Positions 13,985-27,129 of a stretch of 64,000 nucleotides of DNA are shown here, in pieces. The translations under genes were made by a program, and so were the position numbers. Source of the DNA: Eledone cirrhosa (lineage: Eukaryota); assembly GCA_964016885.1 (NCBI GenBank), contig OZ024743.1, positions 299,150,001 to 299,214,000 on the forward strand, read 5' to 3'. Numbering within the stretch: position 1 is the stretch's first letter; every line of letters starts with the position of its first letter. The notes under the pieces are model-generated. The model was not told the origin of the DNA. It saw only the letters and a program-made list of their open reading frames with translations, and ran no database searches.

Positions 13985-14140
13985 CGAGGAATTGGTAGAT
14001 TCGTTAGAACATCGGGTAGAATGCTTTAGGGTATTCGTTCCGGCTCTCTGTTCTCTGAGTTCAAATCTCACCAAAATCAACTTTGCCTTTCATCCTTTCG
14101 AGGTCGATAAAAGAAGTACCAGTCTAGTACCTGGGTTGAC
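13985..14140 (+). mobile_element. tRNA-derived SINE (Meta-like core)
   Basis: gagttcaaatc B box, then caactttgcctttcatcctttcgaggtcgataaa. Confidence 0.8.
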
Positions 14141-14614
14141 TCTTGTCTCTTTTTCATTTCCTCTCTTTCACTTTCTATATTTCTCTGGAAGAAATCTGCT
14201 GTACTCAGGCATGGAGAGGGATGGGGATCCGCCAGACTTTAAAATGACCAAGAAACTCCGTATGTCAATACGGTGTTCCTACGACTCTATCAGGAGTTAC
14301 GGGTACACACATACATACATCTAAAATATTAAATCAAAATAATTGTTTCTACTTTTGGCACAAGCATTCACGATACATAATTCATTGTGAAACAATAAAA
14401 TGGTATGGAGTTTTATCTTATTCTACGTGTATAATTTGCAGACCCATTTAAGCATAGAATGTTTTGTAGTCCGTAAATAAAAATAAATAAATAAAAAGAA
14501 GTATTATATTTAAAGACTTCACAATTATTCGAGAATAATTCTACAATTCTAATTGTGTAGAAGAAAACTTGTTTTCACACATACACACCGAAACACATAT
14601 ATATCGACAGTCGA

Positions 14615-14826
14615 TCGACTTTCGTCAAATTGGACCGAGGAAACAATGTTTTCATTGGTCTTTCCAATTACTGATATTATCTAGCGGTCGCAACTCCAGG
14701 TAGAATGAGCAACGTGAAATAAAGTGTCTTGCCTAAGGACATAGCGCATCGCCCAGTTCGAGAATCGAACACACAACCTTACGATTGCGAGTCCTATTAT
14801 CTAACAATCATCTACGCGCCTCCACT
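14615..14826 (-). mobile_element. tRNA-derived CORE-like SINE, full length
   Basis: Minus strand gtggaggcgcgtag...gttcgattc...tgtccttaggcaagacact. Matches 2008-2168. Confidence 0.8.
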
Positions 14827-15027
14827 AATGAAACCAAGTGACAAAGCAGGCTTAATCCACTGAGGATTTAGGTCAAAAGATTAAAAAATAAAGTGAATTC
14901 ATAATCTTTAGAAATGATTCGAGATTTGATGACGTCATCTGCAGTAAACCCTTTCCCACTTGGTAAAACTTACAAATTACGGCTTCAAATATATTGTTGT
15001 AATATGAACATCTAAACCTTTAAAATT

Positions 15028-15090
<63 letters not shown>

Positions 15091-15249
15091 TCTCTCTCTC
15101 TCTCACTCTCTCTCCCTCTCTCTCTCTCCTCTCTCCCCTCTCTCTCTCTATCTCTCTCTCTCCCTCTCTTCATATATATAATATACAAATCCGTACGCAG
15201 TTGACAGCTGAGAGAAAAGAGTACTCAACACAGAAGTAGTGTTTTAATA

Positions 15250-15327
<78 letters not shown>

Positions 15328-15331
<4 letters not shown>

Positions 15332-15457
15332 AACACCGTACGGCATAAATTCAGGCTGTTCAGTTTGTTTACAAACGAACAAAGCGGGCGCTATAATAAG
15401 CGTCTGCTAAACTGATACGTACATATATGTATGTGTACCTGTATGTATATATATGTA

Positions 15458-15552
<95 letters not shown>

Positions 15553-15662
15553 GTGCATGCTACTGTACGTCTGTATACATATATGTATGTACGTACACAT
15601 ACATACTTACATTTAAGTAAGTGCCGTACTAAGAGTGAGAAATGAAATTTCGTTTTCATTTT
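15328..15662 (+). mobile_element. Truncated copy of the non-coding HHR-bearing family also at 41.3-41.8 kb and 63.7-64 kb
   Basis: ccttaacaccgta.ggcataaattcaggctgttcag...gagtgagaaatgaaatttcgttttcattt is shared among the three loci. Confidence 0.85.
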
Positions 15663-15669
15663 ATTACAA

Positions 15670-15734
<65 letters not shown>

Positions 15735-15782
15735 ATAAAATAACAGGAGGCTGGACTGGTGTAATTCCTTAAAAGGTTTATT

Positions 15783-15840
15783 ATACTATGATCATTTCAA
15801 TGACCGGGTTCAGTATGAATTCGGTGACATCATCAGGTAT
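15783..15840 (-). ncRNA. Type I hammerhead ribozyme
   Basis: Minus strand atac-CTGATGA-[tgtcaccg...cggtcatt]-GAAA-tgatca-TA-gtat. Stem I atac/gtat, palindromic ATGATCAT stem III. Confidence 0.75.
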
Positions 15841-15957
15841 TCGAAATATAATAAAAGAATATAATAGACAAAATCCATGGGGCTGAAAATCAGAGACATT
15901 AGGGCGACCGAACATTTAGCAGCTTCTACCCCGGTCGGCCGCTCTCAAGATATATAT

Positions 15958-17710
15958 ATCTTGGGCGGGTAAAATTCCCGATATCCATGGACGAGTTCTC
16001 TCCAGTGGTCTCTGTCTTTCATCATCGCCTCCATGTCCTGTGTCTGTCCTCAGGGCCTCAACATATGTCAACCTCGGTCTCCCTCTTCTAGTTTGTCCGT
16101 GTAGGGGCTCCAACAGGAGCATTGAGTGGAGTGTCAACTCTGAATGTCGGTGAGCATGTCCAGCTAACCTCAGTCTCCTCTGTGTTACTTTCAAGCTGAT
16201 TTTTGGGAGGCTCCCGTACAGTTCTGAGTTATCATGCTCAGTGTGTACTGATTAATGTTCAGAGCCGTACTCAGAATTCTCGTGTAGCACCCATTAACCA
16301 TCTGACTCAGTTTCTTGGCAGTATCCAAGTCTCAGACCCGTACAGAAGGACAGACTCCACTGTAGCAACGAATAGACGGATATTCAGGTCTTTACAAAGG
16401 TCCGACTTCCACACCGATCTCAAACTGTGGCACGCCGCCTAGGCTTTGCTCTTCCTCTCAACCAAATCATCCTCTGTGTTCCCAATCTTTACTCCAAGAT
16501 ACAGGAAGTTCTCAACCAACTCTAGCGGCTTCCCGCCTACATTTACAATCTTCTCTGGCTTGTTAGTGTTCTCTACCAGATACTTCGTCTTAATCTCATT
16601 CATTCTCAGCCCCATATCCTCATCGACACAGTCCCCCCCCCCCGCACAAACTCCTCTGCCTCATTCACTGTGTTTGTCACCAGAACTGTGTCGTCAACAA
16701 ATTCCTCACCAGAATGAACTCAATCTGGGACTTGGACAGGTGCATATCAGAGATGTAGGTCTAAATCTTCTTAAACCTTAGGTTGGTTGCCATCAAGTTC
16801 GCCCTCAGCAGAGTATGTCTCAGTAGTCTGCCATTTCGGTTGGTGTTGCTATGGAAGTACCAGCGAGGATCTTCACAGCTCTTGTTACTCAGATGTGCAT
16901 TGAAGTCACTCAGAACAAGCAGGATGTTATGAGCTGGTATGGTGTTGACAGCTCTACACACATCCTCATGGAACACCTTTGCACTCACATCACTGTCTCC
17001 TTTGGTTGGATTATAGCCTGAGATGACTGTCAGTCTTGGGTTTCCATTGAAGGTCACCCTCAAAACTCGCGGGGAGACAGGTATGATTTCCCCCACTAAT
17101 AGTTTTTGCACTGAGCACAAACCCACTCCGCCTACTGCAGTATTAGTTGTGTTCCTCACTGTAATTGTGATGATGAGCTGGCTCCTATTTCCAATCATTA
17201 CTCTCTTCACGGGCTCAACATGTAGGATCCCGTGTTCTTGGATCGCAAATATCTGTATACCACTCTCCTCGAACAGATAACCCAACTCGTCTCTCTACTC
17301 CAGCGTCCAACGGTCCTCACATTCAGAGTGCCGATTTTAATGGCTACTCTGCAGGCAAAACTGTATTCTTTACATTTGTCTCAGCGATAGCTGATCCATC
17401 ATCCACTGGCCCTCCCTGTGGCTCAAAACTAGCAGAGTGATAACGACCAGACTGCTCATTGACAGTGTAGTTAGGGGCTTTAATCCTAGTGCTGTTAAAT
17501 GCACTCTCCATGGTTCTTTTCAATGGCAGACAATACCTTACTGGGGCCACTCGAGTAAGGTAATTATTTAGCCCATAAATGGGGCACTAACAGGTACTAC
17601 TCCTCCGGGAGAGAGCAGATCTGGAGTGATAACAACTAAGGGGTAACTCTACATCCCCACCGCTCCTGAATTTCCGAACTAGAGCCTTGCCACTGGATAC
17701 AGTTTAATGT

Positions 17711-17712
<2 letters not shown>
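15958..17712 (-). mobile_element. RTE-clade LINE, internally deleted and degraded
   Basis: APE motifs IFAIQEH, GGVG, VLSDFNAH and NRNG (16761-17285). EFVDDTVL RT remnant at ~16700. VENFLYLG, VESVLLYGSETW and RRLRLAGH...RRGRPRLT C-terminus. 5' UTR runs to ~17712. Confidence 0.88.
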
Positions 17713-17751
<39 letters not shown>

Positions 17752-17752
<1 letters not shown>

Positions 17753-18683
17753 ATGAAAAATTGAACAGGGACAGAACAGAGAGGCAGTACAATAAATGTT
17801 TATTAAATTCACGCTCAGGAGAGTGGGGGGTAGGTGGGGGACGACGTTTCGGGCATAAGCCCTTCTTCAGGTGAGAAGTGTGTGGGAACAGAGTTCAAAA
17901 GGTGTGTAGGGGAGTGGTGGAGAGACATATAGCGAAAGGAAACGGTGCGAATGAAAAATTAACAAATAAAGACAAAAAATATAATAAATAAAAATAAAGC
18001 ATGATCAAAATACAAGGAATGAGAAAATTTAAAAATAAAGGCATGATCAAAATAAACTGAAATTAAAAGGGGGGTAGACAGGTGGTGGAAGGGTGTGGGG
18101 TGAGTAGGGGTGGTGGCGGGTGGAGTGGGGAGAGGGAGACGGGGTGTCCGAGCGGGGAGGGCTGAAGGTGGTGTGTGTGGTTAGGTGTGCGTGTGTGTGT
18201 GTGTGTGTATGTGAAAGTGAGGGTTGGGGGAAGAACGGGGTGTTTTTGTGGGTCGGAGTGTCTGTGCGTGTGTGGATAGGGGGGTGGGGGGAGAGGAATC
18301 AGGAGGCTGAGGGTGTAAATATGTGGTGGGAAGCACGTGTGTGTGGTTTAAGCGTGTTGTGGGTGTGGGTGGCGTGTGGATAACAATTTTTTTTTTGTGT
18401 GTGTGTGTGGGTGAGTTATATAGGTGATGGCGTAAGAGGATGGTTGAAAAGTTGGTAAGTTCCACGGGTGTTTGGAGATTTGGTTAGAAGTCAATTTCGC
18501 GTGTGGGTAATCCAAGAAGCGGTGGTCGGAAGAGGAGAGATGTGGGGTGCGCGCGCAACAGGAAGTGGTCAGCAGTGGGAGTGCTGTGGTCAGTTGGTGC
18601 TGAGAGGTGGTCGGAAGGGCATAGCAGCAGTCGGTGGAATGGTAGGGAGGCGACGATGGGTAGGTGTGAGAGTTGGAGTGAGG

Positions 18684-18720
<37 letters not shown>

Positions 18721-18935
18721 TAGTAGGGGTGTTAGTGGGATGAGTGAGTGTGAAGCGGGGAGAGAAGGGTGTGTGTGGTTCTATGGAGGGAGTGTGGTGT
18801 ACTGGTGTGTGTGTAGTTTGGTGAAGAGGTGTTAGTGGGTGTTAGTATACATGAGGTGGGGAGGGGTGAAATGCAGGTGTGAGTGGGGGTTAGTGGTGGT
18901 AGGGTGTGTAGAGTTGGTGGTGTACGAGGGTGTGA
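17752..18935 (-). mobile_element. Non-coding GT-rich PLE-like family (copy 1) with HHR-like core near its end
   Basis: 17752-18505 aligns with 53766-54505. Flanked by (TA)n. Confidence 0.7.
17840..17872 (-). ncRNA. HHR-like core without a clear stem I
   Basis: Minus strand CTGAAGA-a-gggc(ttat)gccc-GAAA-cgtcg-TC. Stem I has at most 2 bp. Confidence 0.5.
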
Positions 18936-18962
18936 TATATATATATATATATATATATATGT

Positions 18963-19012
18963 TCTTGTCTGATAACCCTGTAATAAACAGGCGAACCTCC
19001 AGAGTAAGAAAA
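18963..19012 (+). ncRNA. Degenerate hammerhead motif
   Basis: CTGATAA-c-cctgt(aataa)acagg-c-GAAC-ctccagag-TA, with two core substitutions. Confidence 0.4.
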
Positions 19013-19098
19013 CTCACTATTTAGCCTTAATAAAATGAATATTTAAACTCTACTTCGGTATTGAGTACTCTATTCTCTCAGCGGTTAGCTGCATTCGG

Positions 19099-19148
<50 letters not shown>

Positions 19149-19229
19149 CTGTGTGTTTGATGGTAGCTATGATGCTTCCATAGGTGGTATGCCGGTTGAG
19201 CACTATATGTTCTTACAGAGCAGAGTGTG

Positions 19230-19556
19230 ATATAATATAAAACGAAAAATCAGTGATGCATCTGGATTCAATTTATTGTGTGTTACAATTGTTTCGCCGG
19301 CAGACAGCTCGAGACACCATCATTGTATGGATCTGTCTGGTTCTGGAAACTGCAGGTACGTCGGACACTGGCAATAATTCCGGAATTATTGCCGGAATTA
19401 TTCTGAAATTATTGCCAGTGTCCGACGAACCTGCAGTTTGCAGAACCAGACAGATCCATAAAATGATGGTGTCTCGAGCTGTCTGCCGGCGAAACAATTG
19501 TAACACACAATAAATTGAATCCAGATGCATCACTGATTTTTCGTTTTATATTATAT
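19230..19556. repeat. Near-perfect palindrome with ~150-bp arms and degenerate HHR
   Basis: Arms are reverse-complementary, giving mirror ORFs 19253+/19533-. Right arm has ATGATGG...GAAACAATTGTA. The centre has stuttered ccggaattatt. Confidence 0.95.
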
Positions 19557-19594
19557 ATATATATATACAGAGAGGGGGGGGGGGAGAGAGAGAG

Positions 19595-19635
<41 letters not shown>

Positions 19636-19661
19636 TATACATATATATTCACACACACACA

Positions 19662-19701
<40 letters not shown>

Positions 19702-19732
19702 TACATATATATATATATTCACACACACACAC

Positions 19733-19847
<115 letters not shown>

Positions 19848-20196
19848 CAGACAGAGAGAGAGAGATACTAGATTGAATTTTCAAGGTTTAGATATTCATA
19901 TTACAACAATATATTTGAAATCGTAATTTGTAATTTTTACCAAGTGGGAGAGAGTTTACTGCAGCTCACGTTATCAAATCTCGAATCATTTCGAAAGATT
20001 ATGAATTCACTTTATTTCTTAATCTTTTGATCTAAATCGTCAGTGGATTAAGTCTGCTTTGTCAGTTGGTTTCTTGTGTGATTCCAATTATAGTTACAAG
20101 TAATGTCTGCATTAAGGTGATTATCCTTGAAGAAACCGTTGCCTTTCTCAGATTTATTTAACAATGAATCAATTTCATTAATATGCTTTTGAATCA

Positions 20197-20372
20197 TCTA
20201 TATATATCTAAAACAGAGAATGGTCGTGTGAGTGTTTTGAGCAAAAAATATTTCAAAGTTTCCATGCCCTAGGGACCGCATTAGGCAGCTATAACGTTGC
20301 GCCCTTATAATATCTGTCTGTATGTCGGGCTGTCTGCATTACAACATTATGACACTATCTGTGTGTGTTTGT
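20197..20372 (+). mobile_element. Deleted, inverted copy of the Helitron/Helentron-like element at 21925-22232
   Basis: Three blocks are reverse complements of 22214-22232, 22055-22121 and 21925-21990. Confidence 0.6.
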
Positions 20373-20388
20373 GTATATATGTATATAT

Positions 20389-20435
<47 letters not shown>

Positions 20436-20529
20436 AACGTTTTTCGAAATATTTACTTTTGCGTTAAGGGTGAGAGCAGCGATTCTTCGCTTGAATTTTA
20501 ATCTGTTATTTAAAAAAAAAAAAAATATA

Positions 20530-21469
20530 TATATATAATTATTTATTCGTGTACAGATTTTTGCATACACAATAACAAAATATAAAGAAACGTATTTATT
20601 TCACGAGGCTCGATAAGGATAAATATATATCAAATATATAAGAACCTAGAGCAAATATTGTTCTCATTGCTGACGAGGCAAAAGGGGATATACACGATTG
20701 GTTGAAGAAGGACAAGACGGTGTTAGTAGTATGACCAACGGCTGCCATCACACCAACAGCAGCAAAAACAACAACAAAGAAAGGGAACGCAATTACATGC
20801 TTTTGAAAAATTTTAATGGAAAATTACTTGCCTATTAACCCAAGGCGACTTCACTTTTTATTAGGACTTCTGCATCAATTGGTGTACATACGACGAAACT
20901 GTTTCAGAAAGCAAGGGTAAACATGCCAATCTATGTTTAGAATCCCGAACAACGCCGGGGAGTGGAAACACCGGGGACAACTGTCGCAGAAGCAGTATGA
21001 AAAGAAGGGGCTCAACAATATTTCTATGAACAATGCACGTAGACAGCTAAACCGTATAAACAATTTTCCTCTCGGTATATTTTCCTCTCGGTATATTTTC
21101 GTGAGTTTTTAACAGGCACTCACAAATAAACGTTTCTCATTGGAGGTGCTATTACCAATGTTCTTACCCGTCTAACACCAGGATAATGACCCGGCGTTGC
21201 TCGGCATTCTAAACCTAGATTGGCATGTTTACCCCTCCTTTCTGAAACAGTTTCCTCGTATATTCACCAATTGATGCAGAAGTCCTAATAAAAGTGAAGT
21301 CGCCATGGGTGAATAGGCAAATAATTTTCCATTAATACTTTTCAAAAGCATGTAATTGCGTTCCCTCTCTTTTTTTGTTGTTGTTTTTGCTGCTGTCGAG
21401 CCTCGTGAAATAAATACGTTTGTTTATATTTTGTTATTGTGTATGCAAAAATATCTGTACACGAATATA

Positions 21470-21478
<9 letters not shown>
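20530..21478. mobile_element. Fold-back / long-TIR non-coding element in TA-rich flanks
   Basis: 20530-20613 pairs with 21396-21478, and 20757-20958 pairs with 21190-21395. The right arm lacks ~140 bp present in the left. Confidence 0.8.
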
Positions 21479-21544
<66 letters not shown>

Positions 21545-21594
21545 TATATATATATAATATATAAGATCAAAAGATGGTTAAAAGAGTTTTATGT

Positions 21595-21663
21595 ATTTTA
21601 TTATGCGCATTTCAAAAACAAATATCATCATGCAATAACATTTGTGTTTTCATCAGATAAAAT
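21595..21663 (-). ncRNA. Type I hammerhead ribozyme
   Basis: Minus strand attttat-CTGATGA-[aaacacaaat...atttgttttt]-GAAA-tgcgca-TA-ataaaat. 7-bp stem I, palindromic ATGCGCAT stem III. Confidence 0.82.
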
Positions 21664-21699
21664 AGGAAGACATGATATGAAGGTTAAAAACACTTGTGG

Positions 21700-21750
21700 A
21701 TAGTGCAGTTTAAATCAACATATTGATATGTTGATTTAAAACTGCACTAT
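21700..21750. repeat. Hairpin
   Basis: atagtgcagtttaaatcaacata / tatgttgatttaaaactgcactat. Confidence 0.9.
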
Positions 21751-21754
21751 ATAT

Positions 21755-21925
21755 ATATATACACACTATATATACATACTATATACACACTATATACATA
21801 CTATATACACACTATATACACAATATACATACTATATACACAATATACTATATACTATATACACAATATATTATATACACAATATACTATATACACAATA
21901 TACATACTATATACACACTATATAC
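21755..21925. repeat. ~11-bp minisatellite (atatacayact/atatacacaat)
   Basis: Degenerate tandem units. Confidence 0.8.
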
Positions 21926-22880
21926 ACACAGATAGTGTCATAATGTCGTAATGCAGACAGCCAGACATACAGACAGATATTATAAGGGCGCGATGTTGTA
22001 GCTATCTATCTATCTAAAAAGACAGACTAAGAAAGACAGAGATCGCTAAACGGTGCCTAATGCGGTCCCTAGGGTATTGGAAATTCAAAATATCTTTTGC
22101 TCAAAATACTCACACGACCATAAGTATTACATGTGTAAAGTTTGAAAAAAATCGGTTGGGTGGTTCTCGAGTTTTAGGGAGTCAGACAGAAAAACAGATA
22201 GACAGACACACAGACATTCTCTGTTTTATATATAAAGTTGTAGTTCCTGTCTGTTTGTTTGTTTGTTCATGGACTCCTCCTATATCTTTGGAGATAGACC
22301 CCCATAACCATATATATTCTGAAAATAAGTTGCCCAGGGTACTTGGATAAGTATATTTCATTTTAATCAAAGGTTTCCCCGGGAGCACCAACCCCGCTGA
22401 AAATATTTTCCCTTCGATTTATATGAAATTTAAACCATATGTAAGTGACAAGAAGTGATGCCTATTCAAAGAATTTCAGCAAATTTCAATATTATTAAGA
22501 CACCCTAATTGGGGTTAAACCCCCTATAGTGAAAATGTTGGCCAATAAATGGAACAAGATTTCATGAACTCCTCCTATGATTTTGGAGATAGACCCCCAT
22601 AACCATATGTATTCTGAAACTACATTGTCCAGGGTACTTGGATAAGTATATCTCATTTTAATCAAAGGGTTCCCCGGGGGCCGAAACCCCCGCTGAAAAT
22701 ATTTTCCCTTCGATTTATATGAAAAATAATGTTTTCCAATTTTTCCTGCATTACATTTTACATTGAATAATATTGAAAAGCAGAGTTTTACTCCATAAAT
22801 TATATCACTGATTTAAAATCAATCATCATTTTCTTACAAACAAAATCTGAAACGCAGCAAGGCGCGGGTAATTTGTAAAA
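21925..22880. mobile_element. Back-to-back non-autonomous Helitron/Helentron-like elements
   Basis: aagtttgaaaaaaatcggtt...(gaca)n...ttttatatata terminus, then tatataaa...gtctgtttgtttg. Internal ~165-bp direct repeat (22270-22428, 22563-22723). GC-rich cgcagcaaggcgcgggta near the 3' end. Confidence 0.5.
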
Positions 22881-23505
22881 TTCATTAAAACTGTTACTGA
22901 GCTTCTATACGTCATCAAATCATTTTTGTTCCAGTTACACAATATTAGAAAGTAAAATCGGAATGACTTCAGCACATGTGAGGAAGGAGCACAATAAGGT
23001 AGTTGTTGCAACGGGTGTCGCTGACCATTGACTAGGCAATGCTTTTGACATTTTGTGTGCGGGCGCAGCCGCAACACCACTCAAACTTAAGTTTCTTTCG
23101 TTGCTCAATAATCCTTGCCTTTTCTCCACTCTCCTCTCATTTATAGTATTTTGCAATGTTACTTTCGTTTTCTCTATGATTGACTTATTATTTTTATGTA
23201 GTTTACATAATTATGTCCAAAATAATAATTTCGTTATGGAAAATAAAATATTAAAGTATACCGTAATGATTTTATTATTCATTTATAATAGAAAGTATAA
23301 TACGTATTTGTCACCAAAGTAGTTATCCAAAGTGGTAATGTTCATGATAACCTAGGGTCACAACTGAACTCTTCATTAAGTTACTATAACATAACCAGCA
23401 TTTTCTGTACCAACAAAGACTGACCGTATGTAGGCTCAGTGGAGATACACTATAATTGTTTTCTTATGGATCGGAATAATATCAATTATATAAAATATAT
23501 TTTAT

Positions 23506-23711
23506 TACGATGGTCGGCTGAAAAGTTAGTCGGCTGAAAAGTCCATAGGCTGACCAAGATAATCTCATGGAATGGCCAAAGGAGGTTTATTTTTCAGCAT
23601 AGTCCCTCGAAAGAAATAATGCAAATTATTAATAAGAAGATTTGAAAGTAATGCATGCAAGATTTTACAGCTTTAGTATCACTCCTATTAATTTTTCAGT
23701 CGACCCCCGTA
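23506..23711. mobile_element. Tc1/mariner-type MITE
   Basis: Imperfect TIRs tacgatggtcggctgaaaag / tttttcagtcgacccccgta with TA at both ends. Confidence 0.7.
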
Positions 23712-24546
23712 AACCGAAGAGATAGAAGATTTGACTAGAAGTAGGACAGAAGGAAAATTGTAATGCATCTTGTTTGGTAACGTACTGTATCTGCCATCAT
23801 AACTTCAATGTAAGCACACAGTATTATTGATGTGTATTTTATTAGCTTATCACGTCCGTCTTACATTAAACACACGATATGAAAGTGGAATTATCAGTAA
23901 TACTTCTACGACTAAATGCGTTATATGACTCTTTGATTCATATCAAGAAATGTGAGCTTAATGCTGATGTAAAATTTAACCAGCTATGAAGTAAGTTGTT
24001 TCACAGACGATTAATTGAAAACTGACTTATGCCTGGTATTCACTTAGCAATATATTGAACATTGCTTCATGAGTGCAGAATAAATTAAACCAGCAGTGGC
24101 CCGAAAGAAATTATTTGACGAGTGTAATTTCCGGCCATTGTAAAGTTGAATATCACCTCGGACATTTTTGTTAGTGTTGAATATACTTCCTAATTTCCGA
24201 AATCAAGATGGACGTATCACGTATTTTGATGGAAACGATTTCAGGATGAGGAAAGTGTTACTATCTTTACGTATCATAAATGACTTTATATTTAACGAGT
24301 AAAGGGAAAGATCTCATAATTTGATGTTTACATGAAATTCACATGATATTATTATAGGTGCTTTAACTACTGAGTAGAGATCAAATGCCTCTGATTTCCC
24401 AACTTTTACTTTTGTAAATTATAGTGTTTCAGGTAATCGCGTATTTAATATGCTCATGGGCTGCAGAAAAAGGAATCTAATAATAATTATAATAATAGTA
24501 ATAATAATAATATATACGTTCGAAGTTTAAAAGATATAACCTCCAT

Positions 24547-24617
<71 letters not shown>

Positions 24618-25204
24618 TCTCTCCATATTTCTTTTTTACTCACGCATTCAAATTGTTAAAGTAATAAATTCATGTACTGCAATTGATCATATTTTCCTTT
24701 GCGTCGCTATTGATATCAATACATTCTGTATAGTCTTAACATGTAATAGCAGCGTCACTTTCAGGTATAATTAACATTTAACGTTTCATTCATTGTGTTC
24801 TTATTTTCAAGAATTTCTCAAGCAAACAAGGAGCATACACTTTCGGCTAATCTCAGTTTCTAATATATAGGCAATAGTTCCTTGTATTCCTTAACAATAA
24901 GTTCCTTCGAAGAATTACATTTCAAAGACGACAACAGCGGTACTTAATCTTAAAAAATATTTACAGTGGACACAGGCCCAACCTCACATTTGCTCATTCA
25001 ACATCCTCACCAGGAGAGCTTTAAACTTCCTTTAAAATTGCATGTTGGTACATATGTACTACTGTATATCATCGAATTTGCTTTTTATTAAGTCACCAAC
25101 ACACACGAGCCAGTTTATTGTTTTACTTTATATATTCGCGTGTAAGATTAAATGAATTGATGATTGTGTCACACTAGTTATCTATGCTATTCTGATTATC
25201 TAGT

Positions 25205-25332
25205 TCTGATTTCAACAAACTTCTGGACAGAAACCACCAATATTTATAAGTGTTACGGAAAAATCATAAGACATTTCCTCATTATGGATGACGTAAAACT
25301 ATTTGCAAAGCACAATACCAAAGTGAAGAGTC
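25205..25332 (+). pseudogene. Small LINE RT fragment; inverted copy at 29284-29410
   Basis: GKIIRHFLIMDDVKLFAK resembles the HLLFMDDLKL catalytic motif of RLE-type LINEs. Confidence 0.6.
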
Positions 25333-25614
25333 TTTTAAAATCATTCATGAATTCATTTAAAGTATATATATATAAAGATCCCTGCTACTATCGTTATTCT
25401 GTTGTTATCGTTGTTTATTACTATGGCTGTCCTAATCGAACTGATGTGCCAAAGATTTCCAACAGCGTCTATCCGATCTATAGTTTTAGTGCATCTAGGA
25501 ACACATTATTCAATGCTACCGTTGTGAATTGTTAGCTTAGTTGTGAAAGGGCATAACCATTTCAACGCCAATATTTTTATTGGTAAAGGCATATGCTTTA
25601 TTAGCATTATTACT

Positions 25615-25700
25615 TTCATTCTTACGGGGTCGATAAAATAAAAGTACCAGTAATGCACTGGGATAATTGCTGGCCTTATGCCAAAAGTAAAAACAATTAT
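25615..25700 (-). mobile_element. SINE 3' half (Meta-like), partial
   Basis: ctttcattcttacggggtcgataaaataaaagtaccagtaatgcactgggataattgctggcc. Written here in the same sense as the + copies at 3770 and 13985, so the strand label is uncertain. Confidence 0.6.
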
Positions 25701-25957
25701 TACTGATTCTAAATATCTTTACATCATTGTCTTTGTTAAATTTTTCGATAATGTTAAGGTCAATTTGTCGTTTTCCTTCAGACAAGTTGACATTCGTTTC
25801 AGTTTTCCCACCCCACCAACAAAGTGTATTTACAATCTCATGGATTAGATTTCTACTTCTATTGTTGCAATCAATATCACTAAGAAGTCCGTTCGCACTT
25901 AATAGGAATTGTTATGGCGTTGACTTGCTCTAATTGTTCTACGCTAAAATAGTGTTT

Positions 25958-26220
25958 GTGGAGGCGAGTTGCCTGGTGGTAAGTGTGTTGGACTTACGAT
26001 AATAGCGTCGTGGGTTCGATTCCTGGACTGGGTTATGTATTGTGTTCTTGAGCAAAGCACTTCATTTTTCATTGCTCCTGTATACTCAGCTGGAAATGAG
26101 TACCAACATTAACTAGGTGTTTAATTCTGCAATGGATTAGTGTCCTGCCCAATGGAAAGTCCCAGTCACTTAAACTCACAGAAACCGGGATAAACACTGG
26201 CTTGATGATCCCCCAGCTTG
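25958..26220 (+). mobile_element. tRNA-derived CORE-like SINE
   Basis: gtggaggcgagttgcctggtggt (A box), gggttcgattcc (B box), ttgtgttcttgagcaaagcactt. Confidence 0.75.
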
Positions 26221-27129
26221 AGACAGGCTTTAGATTATTTAAAACTTTTATTATGGTGTTTACTTATTAAGCAGTCAATGGGTTCTGAAAAACACACGAA
26301 ATTCTTTTTTATTTTACTTTATACAAATATTCGATCTGTAAAATTAGAAATGATGGTAATGGTGATAACGATGCTCTTACTGCTACTGATGCTGTTGAGA
26401 ATGAGGATCATTATCATAATCATCACCTCATGTTAGTGTGGTGCTTGTATTACATCGAAATTATGGGCAGAAAATTGCTTTCCTCATCAGTGTGAAGAGA
26501 TGAGAAATCTCCCGTTTATCTTGTAGTTGCAGTAAACCATTTCGAGGGCAGAGGAGAACAAGACTACGTAAAACTTGTAAGGTAGATAATCCAAACCATG
26601 CAATTTGCGCCACATGCAGTCGTTTAAGGCTTCACGTATCTCAGCAGCTGCTGTTATAATGATTTACCAGCACTCTTCCTCTTCCACCAAAATCCATGGC
26701 AGGCCGTCGAGTTAGGAATTATGATCCACCAATAACTCCGTACACCCACTTGTTCTGTACTGTTGTGCGAAGAGTTGAGATGGTTGAGCAAGCAGCCTTG
26801 CTTTCAAGACTACACCAGGCCACATATTTATGCAACATATTCTTAAAATTGCAATCTTCGCCGTAAAACGTTAAGAAAAAAAAGGGGAGCATTTGGAGAT
26901 CGGGCGATTGAACCGCCATATCTGGGTGGGTTTCCATTGAGAACTACGTTTAAGGCCTACTCGAGGCTTTTAGATTAGTGGTCCCTACGTTCTAGGGTAA
27001 GATCTCCCTAATGTTTTTGTATCTTTCTGGTGACATCATACTCCCCATCATTATTGTTTGTGGCACTTTAAGAAGGCTGGTATCTCGAATACCCCCCCCC
27101 TTTAATATCTTTACTTGTAGCTATGAAGG

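Noticed and set aside
17560-17712. HDV-like ribozyme in the RTE 5' UTR
   Set aside because: Plausible for the clade, but the nested double pseudoknot could not be folded by eye.
25958-26030. tRNA gene candidates (also 14750-14826 and 43851-43922)
   Set aside because: A and B boxes are present but the cloverleaf is broken, and the two clearer cases continue into SINE bodies.
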